A model generated the notes under the pieces. The model worked only from the letters and a program-made list of their open reading frames with translations, did no database searches and was not told where the DNA came from. Shown here piece after piece: positions 19,033 through 25,993 of a DNA stretch of 64,000 nucleotides. The number at the start of each line of letters is the position of its first letter. The first letter of the stretch is position 1. The translations under genes were made by a program, and so were the position numbers. This DNA comes from a virus: IMG/VR virus record IMGVR_UViG_3300032331_002067, positions 36,002 through 100,001 of that record; one strand, given 5' to 3'.

Positions 19033-19365
19033 TTACTGAGGAGTACCGAGGGAGATAATCATTTTTCCGTCATCCTGCCAGTTGATAGCGATGGTTACGC
19101 CACACTTCTCAGCAACGCTGAGGGCACGATTACGGTACTTCATTTTCTCTGCTTGTACCTTGTCCTGTGGTGCTGTGAGGTTCACAGTCGCTTCCGACCA
19201 GTAGAAGGCATCGCCCTCAACTGTTGGGTCAAGACTGAGAATGTCAGTAGCGAGCACTGGGTTCTCATAGGGGGGCTTGCCTCGCTTCACCAAGTTAGCC
19301 TTGATGCTGTTGAGGTTCACCTTTTTGTTTGGTTCCGCTTTGCGGTCACCTGTGTTATTTGCCAC
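19033..19365 (-). CDS. small protein, KRG(K/R)PP...KMKYRNR family (cassette B)
   Basis: leaderless GTG 6 nt after TATAGT. Confidence 0.8.
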   Translation of the reverse strand: MANNTGDRKAEPNKKVNLNSIKANLVKRGKPPYENPVLATDILSLDPTVEGDAFYWSEATVNLTAPQDKVQAEKMKYRNRALSVAEKCGVTIAINWQDDGKMIISLGTPQ

Positions 19366-19371
19366 GAGATA

Positions 19372-19403
19372 ACTATACCTATGGGGTTCACCTGTGTATC
19401 CAA
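19372..19403 (-). promoter_or_regulatory. cassette B promoter
   Basis: TTGGATACA-N17-TATAGT. Confidence 0.75.
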
Positions 19404-19553
19404 TACCTACTAAATACTCTCATAGATTAGACCCAAACTGGCTGGTGCTTAAAAGAGCTGAAGCTCTTCCGCACACCAGACCATCTTGTGTATAGAGAGA
19501 GCGCATACTCAATCTCTCTGACTGTCCGTCTGGGTCGGCTTGGCGTTAGGCAC

Positions 19554-19584
19554 AAAAAAAGGGAGAGAGCCGAAGCCCTCTCCC
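19554..19584 (-). terminator. cassette C terminator
   Basis: GGGAGAGGGC-TTCG-GCTCTCTCCC-T7. Confidence 0.85.
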
Positions 19585-19607
19585 TTTTCGTCAGCCCGCA
19601 AGTGATT

Positions 19608-19880
19608 CTAGCGGTTTGCTTTGCTTACTACTGGACTTGACTTTGCGCCGACTGTCCATGAGATGGACACGGGCTTACCAAGCCTCATAGAGATGGTATG
19701 TATGCGGTTGCGATACTTCATCTTTTGAGTGTGATTGCTCTGAGTGACACGAATATCACTCAAGACAATCTCATCAGTTGTCTTTTTGAGAAGGCGTAGA
19801 GCCTGCTCAATGTTTGCGTCAGAGAATGGGGGTCGCCCACGCTTGACGATTGTTGCTGTACCTTTAGGCTGAACTTTCAT
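19608..19880 (-). CDS. small basic protein, divergent member of the KRGRPP...KMKYRNR family (cassette C)
   Basis: AGGA RBS; VKRGRPPF, QKMKYRNR and ISW motifs. Confidence 0.75.
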   Translation of the reverse strand: MKVQPKGTATIVKRGRPPFSDANIEQALRLLKKTTDEIVLSDIRVTQSNHTQKMKYRNRIHTISMRLGKPVSISWTVGAKSSPVVSKANR

Positions 19881-19929
19881 GATTCCTACTTTCGTTGGGT
19901 TTAGGTTCACCGTTGGGCTGACATCTATA

Positions 19930-19961
19930 ACTATACCTATGGGTTGAATATATGTATTCAA
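19930..19961 (-). promoter_or_regulatory. cassette C promoter
   Basis: TTGAATACA-N17-TATAGT. Confidence 0.75.
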
Positions 19962-20098
19962 TATGAGAATATATAGACCCTAGATTCGCTGGCGTTTAAG
20001 AAGTCTGAAGCCCTCTCGCACACCAGCTCGCTTAGGTAGGAAGAGAATGTGTACTCAATTCCAATGGATCGCCTGTCCGGGTCGGAGTGGTGTTAGAC

Positions 20099-20130
20099 AA
20101 AAAAAAGAGGGGGTCTTGCGACCCCCCCTC
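20099..20130 (-). terminator. cassette D terminator
   Basis: GGGGGTC-GCAA-GACCCCC followed by T8. Confidence 0.85.
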
Positions 20131-20146
20131 TTTCGGAGTGTGTGAC

Positions 20147-20563
20147 CTAGGCGAAGGCTAGGAACTCAACGATTGCCTGTGAGTAAAGGTGACCCTCCAC
20201 TTGCATATTCTCACCCAACAATGCCTCAACCGCTTTCACGGCTGGTAGCAATGTTTCCTGAATGGTGAACAATGTCTCGTAGTAGGTAGCCTTCGTGACT
20301 GTCTCGCTATCGTCACGGGTCACTGTTCTAATGACTGTCTGAGTAGCGTCTAGGAGTGTCTCACCCGTTGAGCGGGCTTGTTCTAGGAAGAACATATGAG
20401 TATCTCCTGACATATGGTCAGACTGAATCATGACCTTTATAAATGCCTTAGTGAATATCTCCACGAAGGTGTTGAGTGTGCTTGCGAACACATTCAGACT
20501 AAGTATCTGAAGTGGCTCGCAGGGTTCAAGTAGTGGTTCCAATGTTACCTTTCCGCAGTTCAT
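20147..20563 (-). CDS. hypothetical protein (cassette D); start uncertain, alternative AGGAG-led ATG at 20395
   Basis: ORF lies between a promoter and a terminator. Confidence 0.6.
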   Translation of the reverse strand: MNCGKVTLEPLLEPCEPLQILSLNVFASTLNTFVEIFTKAFIKVMIQSDHMSGDTHMFFLEQARSTGETLLDATQTVIRTVTRDDSETVTKATYYETLFTIQETLLPAVKAVEALLGENMQVEGHLYSQAIVEFLAFA

Positions 20564-20586
20564 TTGTTCACTGCTTCCATACACCT

Positions 20587-20618
20587 ATATTACTATCGGG
20601 TTTAGAATATGTATTCAA
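20587..20618 (-). promoter_or_regulatory. cassette D promoter
   Basis: TTGAATACA-N17-TAATAT. Confidence 0.7.
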
Positions 20619-20774
20619 TATCGGGATATACCTAGACCCACATTGGTTGGTGCTAAAGGAAGCTTAAGCCTCCTCGCACACCAAACGAACATCGGTACGG
20701 GAAGACGATCAGTGTAGAGAGAACGCATACTCAACTCTATAGACTGTCCGTACCGAATGGATTGGAGTAGAGAC

Positions 20775-20806
20775 AAAAAAAAGAACCGTACTGGCTGTAC
20801 GGTTCT
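20775..20806 (-). terminator. cassette E terminator
   Basis: GAACCGTAC/GTACGGTTC stem followed by T8. Confidence 0.85.
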
Positions 20807-20819
20807 CTTTCTTGGGGGT

Positions 20820-21032
20820 CTAATCGTTTGGTCGGTATGTCTCGTACCCATAGGGGTCGTAGATAGTGGTCGTGGTCTCGCAAGGGTAGTGAAACTCTTG
20901 GCAGTCGGGGATACCCTTTCCCCCCCTCTCACCGATAATGAAGCAGGCGATAAGTATCGCATACGCAAGGCTCACCCAAAAGATGAACCTCACGAATGAG
21001 CGAATACGGTAGTAGGTAGGTGAGTGCCCCAT
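20820..21032 (-). CDS. small membrane protein (cassette E, gene 2)
   Basis: TAATG coupling; hydrophobic FIFWVSLAYAILIACFII segment. Confidence 0.6.
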   Translation of the reverse strand: MGHSPTYYRIRSFVRFIFWVSLAYAILIACFIIGERGGKGIPDCQEFHYPCETTTTIYDPYGYETYRPND

Positions 21033-21295
21033 TACAAGCACCTCGGGCACTTGCAGGGGGCAGGCTCGCAACACTCAGTAGCGTTGGTCAGTATCTCAAA
21101 CTTACGCAACCCTTTGAGGATTGCGGGGTTGAGGTAAAGGTTCTCTGTCCAACCTTCGTACTGAGCCTCACACATTGCCTTGCAAGCCTCATAGATAGAG
21201 AACTCATTAGGGTGAGTTCGTAGTGTCCAATACATGTCCCAGTTCTTAGGGAACTGGGTTGCCTCTGCGATAGCAGTCAGCGGGTTTATTCCCAT
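21032..21295 (-). CDS. small protein with a Cys-rich C-terminus (cassette E, gene 1)
   Basis: leaderless ATG 6 nt after TATAGT; ends CCEPAPCKCPRCL. Confidence 0.7.
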   Translation of the reverse strand: MGINPLTAIAEATQFPKNWDMYWTLRTHPNEFSIYEACKAMCEAQYEGWTENLYLNPAILKGLRKFEILTNATECCEPAPCKCPRCL

Positions 21296-21301
21296 ACACA
21301 C

Positions 21302-21333
21302 ACTATACCTATGAGGTTAGAATGTGTATACAA
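21302..21333 (-). promoter_or_regulatory. cassette E promoter
   Basis: TTGTATACA-N17-TATAGT. Confidence 0.75.
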
Positions 21334-21498
21334 AATGAGAGAATACCTACCCCCTTACACGCTGGTGTTTAAGAAGGCTTAAGCCTTCCCGCACTCCAGC
21401 GATTCTAGATCTATCACCGTTCCCCTGAGAGGTCGTGTATAGAGAGAGCGCATACTCAACCCTATGGGCTGTCCGCCTCGGTAGGAATGGTGTTAGGC

Positions 21499-21528
21499 AA
21501 AAAAAAGAGCCAGCCCGAAGGCTGGCTC
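21499..21528 (-). terminator. cassette F terminator
   Basis: GAGCCAGCC-TTCG-GGCTGGCTC-T8. Confidence 0.85.
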
Positions 21529-21554
21529 TCTCTCTTGGGGGATTGTTGGGGGTC

Positions 21555-21887
21555 TTAGTAGTTGCGACCATTCGCATCGGTTACCTTGTAGCCCGACTTG
21601 ACGAGCAAGGCAATGGCTAGGTCGGCATCGCTTGATACTCGCTCACGAATAGGTGACTTTACCTCGTAGCCTGCCATGAGTAATTCGTTCATTGCGCTTT
21701 CTACGATAGCCTCACGAGCCTTTATGTGGAGTTTGCTTGCTGTCTTGACCATGTAGGCGAGTTGGTCGTCAAACATTTTGGCGTATGCTACGGAGAACTT
21801 TACGCCCTCGCTTGCGACTTCCATGTTGCGTAGTTGAACGCAAGCCTCCTTGAAGGCTTCTTGTATAAGGTTAGTATCGTGTGACAT
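21555..21887 (-). CDS. hypothetical protein (cassette F)
   Basis: GAAAGGA RBS; internal repeat L.MAGYEV / LVKSGYKV. Confidence 0.75.
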   Translation of the reverse strand: MSHDTNLIQEAFKEACVQLRNMEVASEGVKFSVAYAKMFDDQLAYMVKTASKLHIKAREAIVESAMNELLMAGYEVKSPIRERVSSDADLAIALLVKSGYKVTDANGRNY

Positions 21888-21937
21888 GGATTCCTTTCTC
21901 GCCCGTCAGTTGTTCGGGGCGTTGCTTCCATGTCATA

Positions 21938-21969
21938 ACTATACCTATGGGCTGAAAATGTGTATTCAA
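21938..21969 (-). promoter_or_regulatory. cassette F promoter
   Basis: TTGAATACA-N17-TATAGT. Confidence 0.75.
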
Positions 21970-22208
21970 TCTAGGGAATAAACAAACCCCTACCCTGCGG
22001 GCGTAAAGCGAAGCTGAAGCTTAGCACGCCCGCCTATTGACTCCCCAAACAGAGGAAAACGAAAAACAAAAAAATAACGCAGTAGCATGCTACGGATATA
22101 TACTCAAATTTTCTAAAAAACGGGGTCGGCTGCAAGTGCCGGGTTTTGGTTTAGAAAACGGGGGAGATGGGGGGTTGAGTGCGTATTGCTCCCAGAGCTG
22201 AGCTGCTG

Positions 22209-22281
22209 CTCCCAGAGTAGGGCTTGAACCTACGACACACGGATTAACAGTCCGTTGCTCTGCCAACTGAGCTATCTGGGA
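22209..22281 (-). tRNA. tRNA-Asn(GUU)
   Basis: TCCCAGA/TCTGGGA acceptor stem; ACGGA-CTGTTAA-TCCGT anticodon arm; GGTTCAAGCCC T-arm. Confidence 0.93.
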
Positions 22282-22321
22282 AAGATCGAATTTAGAAAGT
22301 TTGGGGGATCGAATTTAGAAC

Positions 22322-23092
22322 TCAATTTGTATTCACTTCTACATTTATCTCTAGAATCTTATTGGAGGAATGTTGAGCTACATTATCTTGTCCTATGTTA
22401 GTGATCTCGTATCCGAGAGACTCAATGTAGGAGAATAGATCTTGTCTCCGGGGCTGGAACCATTCCTTGTTTGCCCACGCTTCAAAGAGAATAGGTGGGA
22501 ACCCATTTCGCTCAATAGTATTTTTTGCGCCCACGAGAACAGCGAGTTCCAAGCCTTCTACATCGATTTTGATGAGCTTGATATCGTTCATCTCAAGTGA
22601 GTCCAATTTTAAGACAGAAATCAATTCCGTGTTACCACTGGAGGTACACTCATAACCGTTCTCACGCACCTCGTGATCAAGGCTAAAGGCTCCTACATTC
22701 AATTCTGTGGAATAGTCCGGCAACTGAATATAAAACGAATCTGGCTCGTATGACAAACCGAAGTTTTTGGCGAATACATTGTCACACCTGTTGAGTAAGA
22801 TATTTGAACAAAGCTGGTAAAACACGATTCTTTGCGGTTCAAAGGCATGGAACTCAAACTGTGGATACTTCTTTGCTAACGGCACACAAAAGCTTCCTAC
22901 ATTGGCTCCGATGTCCAAGACCAAACCCTGCTCACCAATCCTGAGATAGTGATCCAAGAACATTCCTGAGAATGTGAGAATGTGTGGCTCATGCCCAACT
23001 TTATTCTTTAAGGCATCTGAGATGAGATCATCTTTATCAAACAAGAAAAAGCGACAATCCCCTCCGTCATATATTGAAGATGATGGAATCAT
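22322..23092 (-). CDS. FkbM family SAM-dependent methyltransferase
   Basis: LDIGANVG, AFEP and LIKIDVEGLE motifs. Confidence 0.9.
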   Translation of the reverse strand: MIPSSSIYDGGDCRFFLFDKDDLISDALKNKVGHEPHILTFSGMFLDHYLRIGEQGLVLDIGANVGSFCVPLAKKYPQFEFHAFEPQRIVFYQLCSNILLNRCDNVFAKNFGLSYEPDSFYIQLPDYSTELNVGAFSLDHEVRENGYECTSSGNTELISVLKLDSLEMNDIKLIKIDVEGLELAVLVGAKNTIERNGFPPILFEAWANKEWFQPRRQDLFSYIESLGYEITNIGQDNVAQHSSNKILEINVEVNTN

Positions 23093-23104
23093 ACTTTCCT
23101 TTTG

Positions 23105-23323
23105 CTATTCATTATCTCTATTATACCAATGAGACTCACGATATCTCTGCATGGCGTTGATATTTGAGACTGTTTGTGCAACCTGTCGATGCCGGCGATT
23201 CCGTGACCACAAGCTATTCTGAAACCACGAGGAAACAGCCACATACCCGGCATAACCCACACACAATATTGCAAACCACCTTGCAATCACTACATAGTAT
23301 CTTTCGGGTGCCACCTTGGTCAT
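23105..23323 (-). CDS. small membrane protein
   Basis: coupled ORF with GGAGG RBS and one hydrophobic segment. Confidence 0.55.
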   Translation of the reverse strand: MTKVAPERYYVVIARWFAILCVGYAGYVAVSSWFQNSLWSRNRRHRQVAQTVSNINAMQRYRESHWYNRDNE

Positions 23324-23883
23324 GCCATTCCTCCATCGGGAAGGAAGTTTATGTTTATTGCGAATCTAAAAGGACTCAATACGGGATTGCTTCCCGCATG
23401 AAGGATGTCTCCATCAAACACAACCGCCGTTCCTTTTTTGGGATATACTTCTTTTACAACATTGAGGTCGTCATCATAGAAGTATGTAGGACCGTCTGAG
23501 TCGTTCACATAGTACAGACAGACAAGATGTGGAACCAAACTGCCATCCTCTAGTTTTAAATCAGTGTGTGGTGTCTGAGGACTACACCGGGATGGGTTTG
23601 GCATCGTGACATTTACCTTTGCTCGATACAACCGGATGTCTCCATGCTTATCCTGAATAGCATTGATTATTGGCAATACAACAGGAAGATTCGGAGACTG
23701 TTTTTCTTCCCCCATCATAAAGAGATGATTGGTTAGTTGTTTACCGGAAGAGGATGAGCTGCCAGTTTCTAATGGATCGTTATGAATATTTTGAAAACGG
23801 TAAGGGAATGCGTTGCTAGAGACAAACTCTTCAATTAGGTTCTGATCCTTAACTGGTATGAAGTTTTCAAAAATATCTATCAT
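23320..23883 (-). CDS. 2OG-Fe(II) oxygenase
   Basis: PHTD...LYYVNDSDGPT...FDG..LHA...R..ININF. Confidence 0.85.
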   Translation of the reverse strand: MIDIFENFIPVKDQNLIEEFVSSNAFPYRFQNIHNDPLETGSSSSSGKQLTNHLFMMGEEKQSPNLPVVLPIINAIQDKHGDIRLYRAKVNVTMPNPSRCSPQTPHTDLKLEDGSLVPHLVCLYYVNDSDGPTYFYDDDLNVVKEVYPKKGTAVVFDGDILHAGSNPVLSPFRFAININFLPDGGMA

Positions 23884-24128
23884 TAGTAACGCTGATTCCG
23901 CTCAAGCCTAGATATCTCACATTCTTGATTAATGATGGTGGACATCATTCCTTCAACCTTCTCCTTTAGCTTTAAATTTTCTTCTTCAAACATGGCGCAC
24001 CTATCAATCCACCATTTAATTGTCACTCTGTCCATTTGGGGATCACTTTCCACTCTTGACTCTTCTTTTCTGAAGAAGGTCAAAGTCTTTAATTTTTGTT
24101 TCCCCCATGTACTCCCAAGCAAAGCCAT
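23883..24128 (-). CDS. small coiled-coil protein (start uncertain)
   Basis: coupled to the next ORF. Confidence 0.45.
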   Translation of the reverse strand: MALLGSTWGKQKLKTLTFFRKEESRVESDPQMDRVTIKWWIDRCAMFEEENLKLKEKVEGMMSTIINQECEISRLERNQRY

Positions 24129-24450
24129 CTTTGATCAATTGTTCATTAACAGAAGTCGGTTGGTCATCAATAAAGATCCATCCAAGAATTCTTCCGTACT
24201 TTTCAGTGGAGTCGGGTTTCTCTGTTCTAATGACAATCTTTGTTGCAGCCTTTAGAATTTCATCTAGTCTCTTCTTTACCTCAAGACCAAGAACTTTTTC
24301 GTTCTTATCCGTTGTTCTAGATTCTGGTGTGTCAATACCGGCAAGTCTAACCCGCTGGTAATAAGAAATATTGAACCCAAGATCAATATCTACATCAATG
24401 GTGTCACCATCAACTACTTTGTATAATTTTTTTACGACATATTCGTACAT
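24043..24450 (-). CDS. thermonuclease (SNase-like) nuclease
   Basis: VVDGDTID...RVRLAGIDTPE...KYGRILG...G.A..Y. Confidence 0.9.
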   Translation of the reverse strand: MYEYVVKKLYKVVDGDTIDVDIDLGFNISYYQRVRLAGIDTPESRTTDKNEKVLGLEVKKRLDEILKAATKIVIRTEKPDSTEKYGRILGWIFIDDQPTSVNEQLIKDGFAWEYMGETKIKDFDLLQKRRVKSGK

Positions 24451-24461
24451 ATAACCTCTTT

Positions 24462-25688
24462 CTAATTAATTTTTGGTTTTGGTGTGAACACCACTGGTAG
24501 AACTTCTATATTAGTAAATATAGTTGAATTTGGTGAGTGAATACATTCACCATTTATTTTAATATCTGGAAATCTTTTAATAATAGAAATTATAGCTACT
24601 TCCATTTCAATTTTAGCAAGAATCATTCCAATGCATTGATGAAGTCCTCCACCAAAAGTAAGAATTTGACTTGCGTTATTTTTTCTAAAAGCAATAAGCT
24701 CATTAGGATTAGGAAAAACATCTGGGTCACGATTGCCGGAAGCAACATTAACAGATATAAGAGTTCCTTCTGGAAAGATGACTCCACGATATTCAATATC
24801 TTCCATTGCCATCCTCAATGTTCCACGAAGAGTTGGTGTCAATCTTGCTAGCTCCTCTACTAAGTGAAGAACACGGTTATCATCCTGCAAAAGAAGATCG
24901 ATTTCTTCCTGATGCTCTAGCAAATATGCCATTGATAAACTTAGTTGATTTCTAATTGTATCAATACCTGCTGTAACAATCATTTCAATAACAGCTGCTA
25001 TGTCAAAATCAGAAAGAACCTCTCCATCATCCGCTGGAGAAACAAGCTTGGAAATTACATCATGACCCGGATTCTTTCTTTTTTGTTTAATAATTTGATC
25101 TGTAAAATTATTTATATCTGATTGTAAATTTTTAATTGTGTCAATAGTTACATCAGTATCAATATTGTATAAATCTAGAAGCGTTTTTGACCATTTATCT
25201 AAAATTTCCCAGTTTTCAATGGGAATATCAAATAAATCACAAAGAACAGCTATTGGATAAAAAGCAAATATATCTGCGGTTAAATTTGATGTACCTTTTT
25301 CTTCAATGCTATCAAGCAAGTCTGACATGATCTTTTCCATTTTTGGTTTCATATGTATTGCATTCATATATGTGAAAGCAGGCATAATCATTTTCTTTAA
25401 ACGCCGATGGTCTTCTCCGTTAATTAGTAAAAGCCCTCTTTTTCTTTTTTCACGGTATTCAGGAGTCAACGCTGGATGAAGATCATTGAATACAATTAGT
25501 GGAGATTGCCATCTCTTATCTCTTAAAACAGCAAAACAATCTTGATTACGCAAAACAGCATAACCAATTCTTGTCTTTACTAGCCAAGATTGAGCAGCTA
25601 ATTTTTCAGTTTCTTTAAAACCATCATGCCTTGTCAATACATTATTCATATATGGCAAATCTAATTGCTCTGCTAAATATGTCATCAT
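24462..25688 (-). CDS. cytochrome P450
   Basis: AGIDT (I-helix), EELAR (ExxR), NRDP..F..P and FGGGLHQCIG heme-thiolate signature. Confidence 0.93.
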   Translation of the reverse strand: MMTYLAEQLDLPYMNNVLTRHDGFKETEKLAAQSWLVKTRIGYAVLRNQDCFAVLRDKRWQSPLIVFNDLHPALTPEYREKRKRGLLLINGEDHRRLKKMIMPAFTYMNAIHMKPKMEKIMSDLLDSIEEKGTSNLTADIFAFYPIAVLCDLFDIPIENWEILDKWSKTLLDLYNIDTDVTIDTIKNLQSDINNFTDQIIKQKRKNPGHDVISKLVSPADDGEVLSDFDIAAVIEMIVTAGIDTIRNQLSLSMAYLLEHQEEIDLLLQDDNRVLHLVEELARLTPTLRGTLRMAMEDIEYRGVIFPEGTLISVNVASGNRDPDVFPNPNELIAFRKNNASQILTFGGGLHQCIGMILAKIEMEVAIISIIKRFPDIKINGECIHSPNSTIFTNIEVLPVVFTPKPKIN

Positions 25689-25700
25689 TACCTTTCATTC

Positions 25701-25805
25701 AAAAACCCCGGCTATTTACTTTCGTAGGGATAGTTCCGGGGCTTTCGTTGTACTATAACGGTCCCAAGGTAGCCTGCACTTGCGCAACAGACACAAAGGG
25801 TGTCA
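25701..25805 (-). ncRNA. candidate small RNA antisense to 23S rRNA H69-H70
   Basis: TG-TATAAT at 25811-25818; 5' hairpin GACAC/GTGTC; 22-nt complement of the 23S H69/70 region; terminator GCCCCGG/CCGGGGT followed by T4. Confidence 0.65.
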
Positions 25806-25818
25806 TATACATTATACA

Positions 25819-25992
25819 CTATCGACTGTTTTTGTAAAATCCACTGCCCTTTAATTGCATCAAAGGGGCTGAATAGACTTGTTTTAATTCCCCATTGCAG
25901 TATTCACAATGCGTCTTCTTCTGTTCTTCTTTTATTGAACGAATCTCTGTATAGAGATGATCATTCTCACACTTATAATCGTAAATTGCCAT
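25819..25992 (-). CDS. FmdB family zinc-ribbon protein
   Basis: MAIYDYKC...H...CEYC...LKGSGFY. Confidence 0.85.
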   Translation of the reverse strand: MAIYDYKCENDHLYTEIRSIKEEQKKTHCEYCNGELKQVYSAPLMQLKGSGFYKNSR

Positions 25993-25993
25993 G

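Larger units (their letters stand above)
18268..22035 (-). repeat. array of six promoter-gene-terminator cassettes with conserved hairpin spacers
   Basis: six TTGNATACA-N17-TAWWRT promoters, six terminators and conserved spacer motifs. Confidence 0.85.

Noticed and set aside
19428-21498. Integron attC sites (GYCTAAC, matching RYYYAAC, follows three terminators on the coding strand)
   Set aside because: I found no complementary GTTRRRY core at the far end, the cassettes have their own promoters, and there is no integron integrase in the window.
18271-21620. + strand ORFs across the cassette array
   Set aside because: They are antisense to well-supported genes, cross terminators and have no RBS.
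18268-22035. CRISPR array
   Set aside because: The repeats are degenerate, 150-250 bp long and separated by whole genes; there are no constant-length spacers and no cas genes.
25752-25779. rRNA gene fragment, contamination or a simple I-CeuI homing site
   Set aside because: The match is only about 28 nt, discontinuous, and sits inside a phage-style promoter/terminator unit in antisense orientation. No intron or LAGLIDADG gene is nearby.
25753-25806. 17-aa ORF MTPFVSVAQVQATLGPL as the functional product
   Set aside because: The ATG is only 4 nt from the -10, probably upstream of the start site, and there is no RBS. rRNA complementarity explains the sequence better, though the ORF is not fully excluded.
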